Origin: Bacteriovoracia bacterium
GTDB taxonomy: Bacteria > Bdellovibrionota > Bacteriovoracia > Bacteriovoracales > Bacteriovoracaceae
DNA: 64,000 nt
Reading direction: 5' to 3'
Assembly: GCA_046570105.1 (NCBI GenBank)
Contig: JBKHVI010000003.1
Span: 48,807 to 112,806, forward strand
The notes below the pieces were generated by a model. It saw nothing but the letters and a program-made list of their open reading frames with translations, was not told the origin of the DNA and searched no databases. Below, piece by piece: positions 11,039 through 20,752 of the stretch (position 1 is the first letter of the stretch; each line of letters starts with the position of its first letter). The translations under genes and the position numbers were made by a program.

Positions 11039-11899
11039 TCACTTCCCTTTGAGTTTCGGATCAAGGGCATCGCGTAGAGCGTCCCCTAGAATGTTAAAGG
11101 CCAAAACAACTACAAACATCGCCGCCGTTGCACCGGCGAGCTGCCACCAAACTCCGCGTGCGAGTTCCATACGAGCATCATCAATCATGGTGCCCCAGCT
11201 TGGCTCACCCTGAACGCCCAAACCTAAATACGAAAGAATGACTTCCGACTTAATCGCAGTTTGGAATTGCAAACTGGTGTTAATAATCACCAAGTGAGTG
11301 ACGTTAGGAAGAATGTGAATAAAGAGCTTACGGAAGTGACCGCCGCCAATAGCATCGGCCGCTTGGACATACTCGCGCTCTTTGTGCTTCATAACTTCAC
11401 CACGAATCAAGCGCGCCAGCCCCACCCAACCAGTCATCCCGAGAGCGAGATAGACTGAAGTAAGACCTTTACCCAGGATCAAAGTGATCGAGATCAAAAG
11501 CATGATATTGGGAATTGAAGAAAATGTTGTAATGAACCAAGTGATAAGATCATCGACCACACCACCGAAGTAGCCCGCCACAGCGCCAAGACAAACACCA
11601 ATAGGAATCGCAATAAGAGAAGTCACAAGACCCACACTCATAGCAATCTTCGTTCCGTGAATAACCTTAGCTAAAACATCACGGCCGAAAAGATCTGTTC
11701 CGAACCAAAACTGACCACTCGGTGGTAAGTACTCTACGCCTTGGCTGGAATGCCAATCTGGAACACCAATACCGAATGTTGCTAAGACAGCAACGAGAGC
11801 ATAGGTAACCACTATTACGAGAGAGATGAGTGCCCAACGATCTTTTACCAATCGGCTAAAAGCATCGGCCCACAGTGATTTTGTGTCTTGTCCTTGCAT
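11039..11899 (-). CDS. Oligopeptide ABC permease (OppC/DppC-like)
   Basis: [25 protein letters not shown] loop, [10 protein letters not shown]. Confidence 0.95.
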   Translation of the reverse strand: MQGQDTKSLWADAFSRLVKDRWALISLVIVVTYALVAVLATFGIGVPDWHSSQGVEYLPPSGQFWFGTDLFGRDVLAKVIHGTKIAMSVGLVTSLIAIPIGVCLGAVAGYFGGVVDDLITWFITTFSSIPNIMLLISITLILGKGLTSVYLALGMTGWVGLARLIRGEVMKHKEREYVQAADAIGGGHFRKLFIHILPNVTHLVIINTSLQFQTAIKSEVILSYLGLGVQGEPSWGTMIDDARMELARGVWWQLAGATAAMFVVVLAFNILGDALRDALDPKLKGK

Positions 11900-11906
11900 G
11901 ATATTC

Positions 11907-12842
11907 CTACTTCAACTTTACGCGTGGATCAGCGAGTGTATAGAGCACATCAGTTAACAGTGAGAAAAGGATATAGGCGACTGATGAAAGTACCGCCATC
12001 GCTTTAATCACCGGGAAATCTGACGAGTTCAGAGCGTTAAGAGTAATTCCACCAAGACCTGGGATTGAGAAAAAACTCTCCAAGAGGAGCGCACCCAAAA
12101 TCAAAAACGGAATTTGAATCACAACATAAGTAATAATCGGAATCATGGCGTTGCGAAGAACGTGCTTTAACAACACCGTCACTTCTCCAAGACCTTTGGC
12201 GCGAGCCGTACGAACATAGTCCTGATAGATCTCGTCCAAGATCACCGTACGGAAGAATCGCACATCAGGGCCTAAGCTCAAGACAATCCAGATAATCCCC
12301 GGAAGCGCGACATAACTAAAGAAGATAGGAAACTCCGGCTCATAGCCGCTAATTTCAAACCATCCCATTTTGTAAGCAAAGAAATATTGAAAGAACAAAA
12401 TATAAGCCACTGAAGAAATCGACATACCGGCGATACAGAGGAAGCGAATAAATAAGTCGATTCCTTTGCCACGGTAGAATGCCACCACGAGGGAGAGCAA
12501 AATCGACAGTACTGTTGAGATAGCAAAAGCAGGAATAGTAAGAGTTAATGAAGGCCAAGCTCCCTGGCGGATCATCTCAAAAATATCTTGGCGAGTCGCC
12601 CACGAACGACCGAAGTCGAGCGTGAAAGAACTTTTCACAACATCTAGATATTGCGCAAACAGTGGTTTATTCAAACCAAGTTGTTCGCGAAGCTCATGAA
12701 TCTGTTGAACTGTCGCATGTTTGCCCAAAAGCAGCGGGGCCGGATCACCTGCCACCACGTTGAACAAGACAAAGATAATAAAGCTCACCCCGAAGATTAC
12801 GGGGATGAGATATAAGAGCCTACGGAGGATGTAATTCGTCAT
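11907..12842 (-). CDS. Oligopeptide ABC permease (OppB/DppB-like)
   Basis: YILRRLL, DFGRS, DYVRTARAKG, DVLYTLADPR. Confidence 0.95.
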   Translation of the reverse strand: MTNYILRRLLYLIPVIFGVSFIIFVLFNVVAGDPAPLLLGKHATVQQIHELREQLGLNKPLFAQYLDVVKSSFTLDFGRSWATRQDIFEMIRQGAWPSLTLTIPAFAISTVLSILLSLVVAFYRGKGIDLFIRFLCIAGMSISSVAYILFFQYFFAYKMGWFEISGYEPEFPIFFSYVALPGIIWIVLSLGPDVRFFRTVILDEIYQDYVRTARAKGLGEVTVLLKHVLRNAMIPIITYVVIQIPFLILGALLLESFFSIPGLGGITLNALNSSDFPVIKAMAVLSSVAYILFSLLTDVLYTLADPRVKLK

Positions 12843-12854
12843 CCTGATCCTTCT

Positions 12855-14615
12855 TTAGAACTTCTTCAGTAATTCTTTTTTAGCTTCCAAATCAACATTC
12901 AAATACTGAGGTTGAGAGTTATCGAACTCAGTGTACTTGTAGTTTTTCATCCAGCCGTGAGACACAGAAACTGTTGTACGGTGAAGACCATAAATCCATG
13001 GAACATCATCGCCTACCATTTCATAAAGCTTCTCATAGAGAGCGGTACGCTCAGGGCCGTCTTGCATAATCGCTGCTTGAGCAAAAATTTTATCAAACGC
13101 CGCATTCTTGTAGTTTGAAGAGTTCGAACCTGGAGCTCCGTTTGGACCGTACATCAAACCAAGGAAGTTTTCTGCATCTGGATAGTCCGCGCCCCACGCC
13201 ATACCAAACAACTGAGCTGTTTTAGTATTCGTCTTCTTCACGAGTTCAGGCCAGGTGTTGGTGCTGATTTTGATTTTGACACCAATCGCAGTCATATACT
13301 TAGCGAAAGCTTCTGCCATCTGACGAGAAACCGTTGAACCAAGTGTTTCGTAAGTAAGTTCTGGAAGACCTTTGCCTTCTGGGTAACCAGCTTCAGCAAG
13401 AAGTTTTTTGGCGAGTTCAATATTACGACCGACGTAAGGATTTTTGTAATCCTTCTTGTGGCCAGCAATACCCGGTGGAACGACTGAGTGAGCGACTTTA
13501 CCAGTATTGTTATAGAACAACTTGTTCGACTCTTCATGATCGTAGGCCAGAGACATCGCTTGGCGAAGTTTCAAATTATTTTTGAAGAGAGGATCTTCGT
13601 GGTTAAACGCTACATAAGTTACGTCAAGAGCAGGAACCATAGAAAGACGAATACCTTTCTTTTCCATGTCTGGAGCAAGCTTGCCGTTAACAATCGCTTG
13701 ATCGAAGTTATCTTTTGGAATGCTCATCAAATCCGCAGCACCCTTCTGGAAGTTCAACCATTGAGGTTGAGACTCGATGATAATGTTCACGATGATCTTA
13801 TCAACCAAAGGAAGCTTCTTGCCGGCATCAGCGAGTAAACCCAATGCCTCATCTCCTTCCTCGCCTTCTGTCGGATAGAATTTGTCGCGGAAAGTTGGGT
13901 TGCGAGTGTAAACGATACGGTTTGAGTTATCGAAGTAAGGAAGAATGAACGGGCCTGTTCCAACCGGATTGTTTTGGAATTCTTGGCCAAAAGTTTCCAC
14001 AGCTTCTTTCGCAACGACGAAAGTGAAAGGCATCGCTAAAGCGTAAAGGAACTGAGGGAAAGGCTTCACCAATTTAAATTGAACAGTGTAGTCGTCAATT
14101 TTCTTGAGGCCTTCGATCGCATCGTCGTAGTTCACTTTATCAGCAGAAGCATATTTATCGCGCCATTCATTGAGGCCTGCGATTTTACCATCCATCAACC
14201 ACCAGCCTGTCGACTGAAGTTTTGGATCGGCTAAACGACGAAGTGAATAAACCACATCATCAGCTTTCATCTCGCGGCCTTTGCCATTCGGGAAAGCTTT
14301 ACTGTCGTGGAAAACCACGCCCTTTCTTAATTTAAAAGTATAAGTAAGACCGTCTTTAGAAACTTCCGGCAAACTTTCTGCAAGATTTGGTGTGAGTTCA
14401 TAAGGACGCTTGAGATAGTGGAACTCCAATAGACCTTCGTAAATTTTACTAATTTCACGAGAGGCATAGAGATCGGCTGCGAAGATAGGATCAAAGCCTT
14501 TGATTTTTGCCGTACCAACTTGGTTGAGTACTTTTTCATCAAAGTTTTGTTCGCGTGTGCAACCAATCATGGTTAGGGCGAAAGCAAGAACACTAATTAA
14601 TAAACGCATGGACAT
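12855..14615 (-). CDS. ABC transporter substrate-binding lipoprotein (family 5, peptide)
   Basis: Lipobox MIGC; YTFKLRKGVVFHD, PVGTGPF, WGADYPD. Confidence 0.93.
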   Translation of the reverse strand: MSMRLLISVLAFALTMIGCTREQNFDEKVLNQVGTAKIKGFDPIFAADLYASREISKIYEGLLEFHYLKRPYELTPNLAESLPEVSKDGLTYTFKLRKGVVFHDSKAFPNGKGREMKADDVVYSLRRLADPKLQSTGWWLMDGKIAGLNEWRDKYASADKVNYDDAIEGLKKIDDYTVQFKLVKPFPQFLYALAMPFTFVVAKEAVETFGQEFQNNPVGTGPFILPYFDNSNRIVYTRNPTFRDKFYPTEGEEGDEALGLLADAGKKLPLVDKIIVNIIIESQPQWLNFQKGAADLMSIPKDNFDQAIVNGKLAPDMEKKGIRLSMVPALDVTYVAFNHEDPLFKNNLKLRQAMSLAYDHEESNKLFYNNTGKVAHSVVPPGIAGHKKDYKNPYVGRNIELAKKLLAEAGYPEGKGLPELTYETLGSTVSRQMAEAFAKYMTAIGVKIKISTNTWPELVKKTNTKTAQLFGMAWGADYPDAENFLGLMYGPNGAPGSNSSNYKNAAFDKIFAQAAIMQDGPERTALYEKLYEMVGDDVPWIYGLHRTTVSVSHGWMKNYKYTEFDNSQPQYLNVDLEAKKELLKKF

Positions 14616-14747
14616 AGTCCGCTCCTCTCAAGGTTACGAATTGATCGTATTGAAATCGCTCTATTTTATGAGCTGTTGTGCTAACTGACTATAAAAAGAA
14701 CGACATCGCGACAAGAGGTGCAGTTTGGCACTCTGAGCTATTGAGGC

Positions 14748-15419
14748 TTAGCGAAAAAAGAACTCTTGGCGCATTTCAACAAACTGCTTTGACTCGCTTT
14801 CTCGAATGATCTCGAGAGTGACGCGTTTGAAATTTTGGTCTGTAAGATTTTTAAACACGACGCGCATAAGCCACTTGGGACGTAAAATAAATTCACCTGT
14901 GAACTCTTCTTTGCGCTCATTCCATGTCCAAGAAGAGTTCAACTTATCCCACCGACAGGCCCATTGGTGCGTTGATACTGCGTCGCAGCTTCGAATTAGG
15001 CCCCACTTTTCAGCGTTCGACCAGCGCAAGATATGGTGAAGGTGGTAAACAAAATCTTGGCCGAGTTGGGGATAATGCAACTTTCTTTCTGCCGAAGCGG
15101 CTCGAAGTGATTGCACCACTCTCCAGCGAAAATCATCCGCCGCAGGTACGACTTCAGCTTGGGGTTTATCCAGACCCGGAAAACTAAAAACCTCTTCACC
15201 ATGAAGAGGAATCGTAATCGCCGTCACCCAATCATTGTTTTTAAGTTCTGCTTCAAAGGAAAAAACCCAACTCTCAGGCGGGACTTCTAAGCGCGCCTTA
15301 CCCTTTCCTTGCATTGAGACTTTTTGCCACAGCTCAGAGAACTGAGCATCTTTAATGGGCTTCGTCGCGCAAGCCGCCAAAAATAGAAGTGCTAAAAAAC
15401 GAAACCCCATGATGATCAA
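14748..15419 (-). CDS. Hypothetical lipoprotein
   Basis: Lipobox LAAC; follows the TPR lipoprotein gene; exact start uncertain. Confidence 0.7.
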   Translation of the reverse strand: MIIMGFRFLALLFLAACATKPIKDAQFSELWQKVSMQGKGKARLEVPPESWVFSFEAELKNNDWVTAITIPLHGEEVFSFPGLDKPQAEVVPAADDFRWRVVQSLRAASAERKLHYPQLGQDFVYHLHHILRWSNAEKWGLIRSCDAVSTHQWACRWDKLNSSWTWNERKEEFTGEFILRPKWLMRVVFKNLTDQNFKRVTLEIIRESESKQFVEMRQEFFFR

Positions 15420-15454
15420 TCATGGGGTGCTTTGGGGCCTTGGGCAAGTAGAAA

Positions 15455-17314
15455 TCAGTCTTGAGTTACTGGAAATGACGCCGGGATACGTTCGCCATCT
15501 AAAAGATCAAGCACCGTTTTAATTTCTTTTTTCTCTGAATTCATACGTGCGTGCTTGAGAGCATGTTGCAGATAGGTGCGCGCTTTAGCGTAATTTTTCA
15601 TGTCTTTATGTATCAGCGCCAAATGTTTTGCGATGACCACATCATCAGGCACTTTCTTGAAAGCGTAAGTGAGTTCAGTGAGCGCTTCTTTCACGCGGCC
15701 AGTTTTAAAATAATACCAGCCCAACGAATCACGGATGTAACCATCGTCAGGAGAGATTGCCAAAGCCTTCTCTATATAAGGAAGGGCCTCAGCTGGAGCG
15801 TGGCCGCGCTCAAGAAGTGAGTAGCCCATAAAGTTCCAGGCGTGAGCGTTTTTAGGATCTTTATCCAAGATCGCCATGATTATCGCTGTAGAGCCTTCGT
15901 AGTCTTTAATCTTCTCTAAGAGACCTGCCAGATAGTATTGGTGCTGCAAACCGAAATTCTTTTCTTTCTCAATCGACTGCAAACTCTTAGCAGCCATAGC
16001 ATCTCTTTCAGAAGCTTCAAAAAAGCCGGCTTCAAGAACACGCAGCTCTACTTTCAGATCTGGAATCTCTTTAACCTTTGTCTCAACCAATTTTAAAAAG
16101 CGTGCCGACACTTCTCCATCACGGCCCGTTTGCGCGTGCTCTAACTGGGCCAGGGCCCCGAGCATATTCGCCATCTGAAAACTCGAGTCCTGATAAAGAC
16201 CGCTGGAAGTAGGAATGCGGGCAAAATAATCAATCGCAGATTCAAATTTTTCTAACTCTTGGTGAATAGCACCTAGATAATAGAGGATTTTATCTGACTG
16301 AGGCGCTTGTTCTAAAAGCTCACGAAAAACCGAAATGGCTTTGTCGTAATCCTTAGCATCCGTATAAAGGATACCCAGCTTCACGCGCATATTAAGATCT
16401 TCAGGATCCAAATCCACTAAGCGCTCAGCATAAGGAATCACTTCAGCAAATTTTTCTTTTAAAAAGAGTGCTTGAACCAAGCGACTCAAAATCGCTGGAT
16501 CGTGCGGTCTCTTAGCAAGATGTCTTTGATAAACTTCAATCGCTTTGTCCGACTTTTCCCACTGCTCATAGATAAGTCCAAGTGCCGCAGCTGCTTGAGT
16601 CGAACTTGGATCACGCTTGTGAGCTTCTTCAAATGCACCGACAGCACTTTTGAGATCTCCGCGATCAACATACATTTTGCCGAGATAATAAGAGAAAATT
16701 CCGTTTTTCTGATGATGACGCTGGCAAGTGTTCAACTGCATCTCTGCTTCTTTCCACTTGTGCTCAACCGCCAGGGATTTACCTAAAAATAAACAGGCTT
16801 CTTCTTGCTTGGGATTTTTAACTAAAATTTGTCGATAGACCTTTCGTGCTTCAATTGGTTTTTCGAGACCGGCGTAAACTCCTGCCAAAATCAGCGCCAC
16901 ACCTTCGTCCTGCCCTTTGCCGTCTTGGTAAAGACGTTGCAAAACATTCTTGGCCTCTTCCATCTCTCCAATACGAATGAGCGCGACAGCATATTTTTTA
17001 TGAACAAACGGATCTTCCGTCATTGTTGCAAGGTGCTTAAACAAAACAGCACCAGTGACATAGTCACCTTCCATCAATGAAGAGTTACCTTTCAAAAACA
17101 ATCCAGTTGAAAGGTATTGCACTGACGCGGGGCCTTGTTTTTTTGACTCTTCCACCAGCAACTCAAGTCGCTTGGATGCCAACTCCAAAGCCTCTTTGTT
17201 GAGACGCTCTGTTTGTTCTTCAGTGAGAATTATTTGATCGACTTTTTGATGTGCGCAGCTCGCAAATAAACAGGCCAAAACAATAAGAGGAATTGTGCGC
17301 AATGAGTGTTTCAT
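15455..17314 (-). CDS. TPR-repeat lipoprotein
   Basis: Lipobox FASC; many TPR-like helical repeats; C-terminal NFMGYS...DSLGWYYFK. Confidence 0.9.
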   Translation of the reverse strand: MKHSLRTIPLIVLACLFASCAHQKVDQIILTEEQTERLNKEALELASKRLELLVEESKKQGPASVQYLSTGLFLKGNSSLMEGDYVTGAVLFKHLATMTEDPFVHKKYAVALIRIGEMEEAKNVLQRLYQDGKGQDEGVALILAGVYAGLEKPIEARKVYRQILVKNPKQEEACLFLGKSLAVEHKWKEAEMQLNTCQRHHQKNGIFSYYLGKMYVDRGDLKSAVGAFEEAHKRDPSSTQAAAALGLIYEQWEKSDKAIEVYQRHLAKRPHDPAILSRLVQALFLKEKFAEVIPYAERLVDLDPEDLNMRVKLGILYTDAKDYDKAISVFRELLEQAPQSDKILYYLGAIHQELEKFESAIDYFARIPTSSGLYQDSSFQMANMLGALAQLEHAQTGRDGEVSARFLKLVETKVKEIPDLKVELRVLEAGFFEASERDAMAAKSLQSIEKEKNFGLQHQYYLAGLLEKIKDYEGSTAIIMAILDKDPKNAHAWNFMGYSLLERGHAPAEALPYIEKALAISPDDGYIRDSLGWYYFKTGRVKEALTELTYAFKKVPDDVVIAKHLALIHKDMKNYAKARTYLQHALKHARMNSEKKEIKTVLDLLDGERIPASFPVTQD

Positions 17315-17365
17315 CCGTTAGACGTCCTTGGCCTTAAGAGGTCATCCGGTGACCCCTATAAATGC

Positions 17366-17393
17366 TTGTCGGACGAAAAAGAGTGAAATTTTA
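17366..17393 (-). promoter_or_regulatory. Putative sigma28 (FliA) promoter
   Basis: TAAAATTT-N12-TCCGACAA upstream of the TPR lipoprotein. Confidence 0.5.
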
Positions 17394-17739
17394 AGGCTTC
17401 TTATATTTGTAGGGGCTTATTTCAAACCCAGCATAAGTCACTGTTTTTTGAGGAAATGGGTGGCATTTTTTGCCTTCACTCAAAGTTTTTTTGCTAATTA
17501 GGCCTTTTTTTTGACGGACCATGTTGACAGTATTCCGACGCGTTTAGTATCTATGCCCACGATTAACGTTTTTGACTGACCCGTTCACTGCGTCACTTCC
17601 GTAGCTTCGATCTTGCGGAAAGATTTAGACTCAGTTGGCCGAAAGCCGGGAAAAGCCGTTAGACAAAATACAACTTATTGACAATAGTACCTCGGTCTTT
17701 ATCGACAGGTAGGAAACCAAATCAGATAGGGGAAACGAC

Positions 17740-18123
17740 ATGAAAGAAGTTCGCATCATCAAGCGCTACCAGAACCGCAAGCTGTACGACACGTTTCAGT
17801 CTTGCTACGTGACCCTCGAGGAAATCGCTCAGATCATCCGTGAAGGCCATGAAATCCAAGTGATCGACAACAAGTCTAAGAACGACATCACTTACATGAC
17901 TCAGATCCAACTTTTGTTTGATCAAGAGCGTAAAGCTTTGAAGCCAGGTGACACTGAGCTCTTGAAGCGCGTTATCCGTTCTGAAGAAGGCACATTGACT
18001 GGCTACATCAAGACCCTCGAAGGGAAACTTGGTATGGAAGTTTCTGTTGCCGTTGAAGAAGAGTTCAAGCCTTTCGCGGCTTCTATGACTTCTTCAGTTG
18101 AGAACACAGCTACTTTGAACTAA
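17740..18123 (+). CDS. PhaR-like (PHA synthesis regulator) DNA-binding domain protein
   Basis: IIKRYQNRKLYDT..SCYVTLEEI...IREG..IQVID.KS..DIT motif; AGGGGA RBS. Confidence 0.88.
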   Translation: MKEVRIIKRYQNRKLYDTFQSCYVTLEEIAQIIREGHEIQVIDNKSKNDITYMTQIQLLFDQERKALKPGDTELLKRVIRSEEGTLTGYIKTLEGKLGMEVSVAVEEEFKPFAASMTSSVENTATLN

Positions 18124-18133
18124 TATCCTCTTC

Positions 18134-18856
18134 ATGAGGAATCCGATTCAATTGAAAGTCGCGGCTTCGGTCGCGACTTTTCTTTTTTCAGCATCATTAT
18201 TGGCCCAAACCCAACAGAAGCCTTTTGCGCCGAAGATACAAACACCTTCGACCAAAGAGGAATTGGTAACCAAAGAGCCTGCCAAGGTTGAAGCAGAAGT
18301 GAAAGCTCCTGCCAAAGAAGCTAAAGCCGAAACTGAAAGCAGTTCTGCCCCAGCACCACGCAGACTTCAACTCCACACTTTCGGTGTGGGTCTCGGTGAA
18401 ACTTTCCTCATGGGCAACTACGCAAAGCACGGCGAAGACAAGATCACGATGGATCTCTTCTACGCCTACGCCGCCAGCTATTCATTTGATGTGTTGGTGA
18501 ATGCTCACTGGAGTACTCACGAAGACAAGCGTGAGCGAATGAGAGTGGCGGGACTCAATGCTGCTATCAAGAGCCGACTCTTCGAATTTGATAATTTCTC
18601 ACCCTTTGTGATGGGTGGACTTGGTTTCTACGTTCCGCGCGCTAAGCGATTTGTTGGCGGGGATCTAAAAAAATCAGAACAGAAAATTACTTTTGGACCA
18701 AACTTTGGTGGTGGCGCCGATTTGCGCCTGAATGACCAATGGACGATTGGTGCTCTTGGACAACTACACTGGCCGTTTAGTATTAAACAAGACGATCAGT
18801 CAGATCTTAAAGGCTACTACTTTAAGCTTCTTCTTACTCTCGCCTACTCTATTTGA
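18134..18856 (+). CDS. Outer-membrane beta-barrel protein
   Basis: Signal peptide, A/E/K/P linker, alternating amphipathic strands (SPFVMGGLGFY, NFGGGADL), C-terminal LAYSI; alternative in-frame TTG start at 18152. Confidence 0.75.
   Translation: MRNPIQLKVAASVATFLFSASLLAQTQQKPFAPKIQTPSTKEELVTKEPAKVEAEVKAPAKEAKAETESSSAPAPRRLQLHTFGVGLGETFLMGNYAKHGEDKITMDLFYAYAASYSFDVLVNAHWSTHEDKRERMRVAGLNAAIKSRLFEFDNFSPFVMGGLGFYVPRAKRFVGGDLKKSEQKITFGPNFGGGADLRLNDQWTIGALGQLHWPFSIKQDDQSDLKGYYFKLLLTLAYSI
18155..18188 (+). terminator. Intrinsic terminator-like hairpin inside the start of the beta-barrel CDS
   Basis: AAAGTCGCGGC-TTCG-GTCGCGACTTT followed by TCTTTTTT. Confidence 0.75.
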
Positions 18857-18863
18857 GGGACCT

Positions 18864-19685
18864 ATGGGTTCTCTTCCCAAGCGTCTCTATATTTTTACGG
18901 GTAAAGGTGGTGTTGGTAAAACATCACTCGCTCTAGCGTTTACTCGCTATCTCAAAGAGCAAGGTCATCACGCAAAATACGTCTCACTCTCACAACAATC
19001 TCTCAATGAAGAAGAAGTAAAATCGGACCAACTTCCTAAGGGCTGGGATGATATTCCCCATCTTCATCTCGAACTAGAAGACTGTGCTCATGGCTACATC
19101 ACCAAAAAGATGGGCTCACAAATGATCGCCAAATGGGTGGTCGGAACAGCTTATTTCCGAGCGCTAGTGAATATGTTGCCCGGCTTTGGATATGTCATTT
19201 CCATGGGGAAAATGCTTGAGCTTTTGCACGAAGACCCAAAACTTATTTTGGTACTTGATGCTCCCGCTTCGGGGCACGCTCTTACCATGATGGAAGCGAC
19301 CAGTAATTTTCGTGAGATTTTTCAATCTGGTCTCGTGTTTGAAGACACTGAAAAGATGCTTTCGAAACTTTATGATCGTCAGCACACCGGCATTCGCATC
19401 ATGACGCTCCCGACGGTGTTGGCAATGCAAGAAGCACTTGAACTTAAAGCGGCTCTCGAAAAACTCTCCAATTTTGATACGACTATTTCACTGAATCACT
19501 CACTCCAAAAATGGCAAAAAACTATCGCTGAAGCTCCCCTCGCGCTTCAACAAAAGCTCAGCTTGGAAAATGAAGTTCAGCTGCTACATCCTCAAGATGT
19601 CAAAACGAGCTTTGCTTTTTCCGCGGCTCAAAATGTGAATGAATTCTATCAAGATCTACTCCCGCAACTACCGGAGCTCGTCTAA
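18864..19685 (+). CDS. ArsA/Get3-like P-loop ATPase, subunit A
   Basis: GKGGVGKTS deviant Walker A, LDAPASGH switch II; ATG 18864 after GAGGGA. Confidence 0.85.
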   Translation: MGSLPKRLYIFTGKGGVGKTSLALAFTRYLKEQGHHAKYVSLSQQSLNEEEVKSDQLPKGWDDIPHLHLELEDCAHGYITKKMGSQMIAKWVVGTAYFRALVNMLPGFGYVISMGKMLELLHEDPKLILVLDAPASGHALTMMEATSNFREIFQSGLVFEDTEKMLSKLYDRQHTGIRIMTLPTVLAMQEALELKAALEKLSNFDTTISLNHSLQKWQKTIAEAPLALQQKLSLENEVQLLHPQDVKTSFAFSAAQNVNEFYQDLLPQLPELV

Positions 19686-20752
19686 TGAGTCTCCCATTAA
19701 AATCATTTGACCTCTTTTTTGGCACTGGTGGTGTGGGTAAAACGACTCTTGCCACGGCACGCGCGATTGATCTCGCTCGACAAGGCCATCGTGTACTCTT
19801 GATGACGATTGATCCGGCCAAAAGACTCAAAGATATTTTAGGACTCGATGATGCGGCCGCTGGATCGGTTAAGGCCATCCATTCGCTTCCTGAAGTAGGA
19901 GATTTACCTACTCCACTGCATGCACTGCTGATGTCGCCCACACACACTATTCAACGAATGGGCGAAGCCGTCGGTGTTAAAGAATTATCGCAGAATAGAA
20001 TCGTGGCGATTTTAGCGAAACCCAATGGCGGAATGAATGAAATACTCGCGCTGATTGAATTACAAATGCGTATGAATGAAGGCAAATACGATTGCGTAGT
20101 GCTTGATACGCCTCCTGGCCCTCATTTTCTCGACTTCCTCGAGGGGCTCGACAAGATTCGTAAGTTTTTTGATCAACGTTTTGTGGAAATTTTCACATCA
20201 CTCGGTCGCAAAGCGATGGATAACACCCAAAAAACTTTAGTCAAAAATCTCTTTGATAAAGTCGTCAATGCTGGCGTGAATAAGCTTTTGTCCTACTTGC
20301 AGAAAGTGACAGGTGAGCATTTTGTTGAGGACTTCCTTGAGGCGCTCGAAGTGATTTATCGTTCACGCTCGTCTTTCATGCAGGGTCTAGCGATGGAATC
20401 AAAACTCTCTGATCCGGCAGCGGCGAATTGGTTTTTAGTGACTTCTGTTGAGCAAGGGAAGTTCCATGAGGCCCTTGAGATTCAACGGATGGCCAACAAA
20501 CTTAGAAAACGTGAAATGTTCTTGGTTTTAAATAAGACCTTGGGCCATGAACTCGATTCTTGGCAACCGGCCCCTCAAAGTGAGGGCGAAAAACTGAAAA
20601 ATGCTTTCGTGCAAAAAGAAAAAAACCTTCTTGAAAAGACTAAGCCTCACTTCTTAGCGATCTATGCTTTTCCGGAAGTCTTTGCTTCATCACCACTTAA
20701 ACATGTCACAGCATTGGCTGCGACCTGGAGAAAACATGTCGATTCAAACTAA
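19685..20752 (+). CDS. ArsA/Get3-like P-loop ATPase, subunit B
   Basis: GTGGVGKTT, TIDPA switch I, LDTPPG switch II, VLNK; TAATG overlap with subunit A. Confidence 0.88.
   Translation: MSLPLKSFDLFFGTGGVGKTTLATARAIDLARQGHRVLLMTIDPAKRLKDILGLDDAAAGSVKAIHSLPEVGDLPTPLHALLMSPTHTIQRMGEAVGVKELSQNRIVAILAKPNGGMNEILALIELQMRMNEGKYDCVVLDTPPGPHFLDFLEGLDKIRKFFDQRFVEIFTSLGRKAMDNTQKTLVKNLFDKVVNAGVNKLLSYLQKVTGEHFVEDFLEALEVIYRSRSSFMQGLAMESKLSDPAAANWFLVTSVEQGKFHEALEIQRMANKLRKREMFLVLNKTLGHELDSWQPAPQSEGEKLKNAFVQKEKNLLEKTKPHFLAIYAFPEVFASSPLKHVTALAATWRKHVDSN

Noticed and set aside
17560..17739. c-di-GMP-I riboswitch
   Set aside because: A GAAA-containing loop is present, but the GCAAA...GGGACGCAAAGC core is absent.
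18864..20752. Arsenic resistance ATPase ArsA
   Set aside because: There are no arsB/acr3/arsD/arsR neighbours and no evident metalloid-binding Cys cluster.
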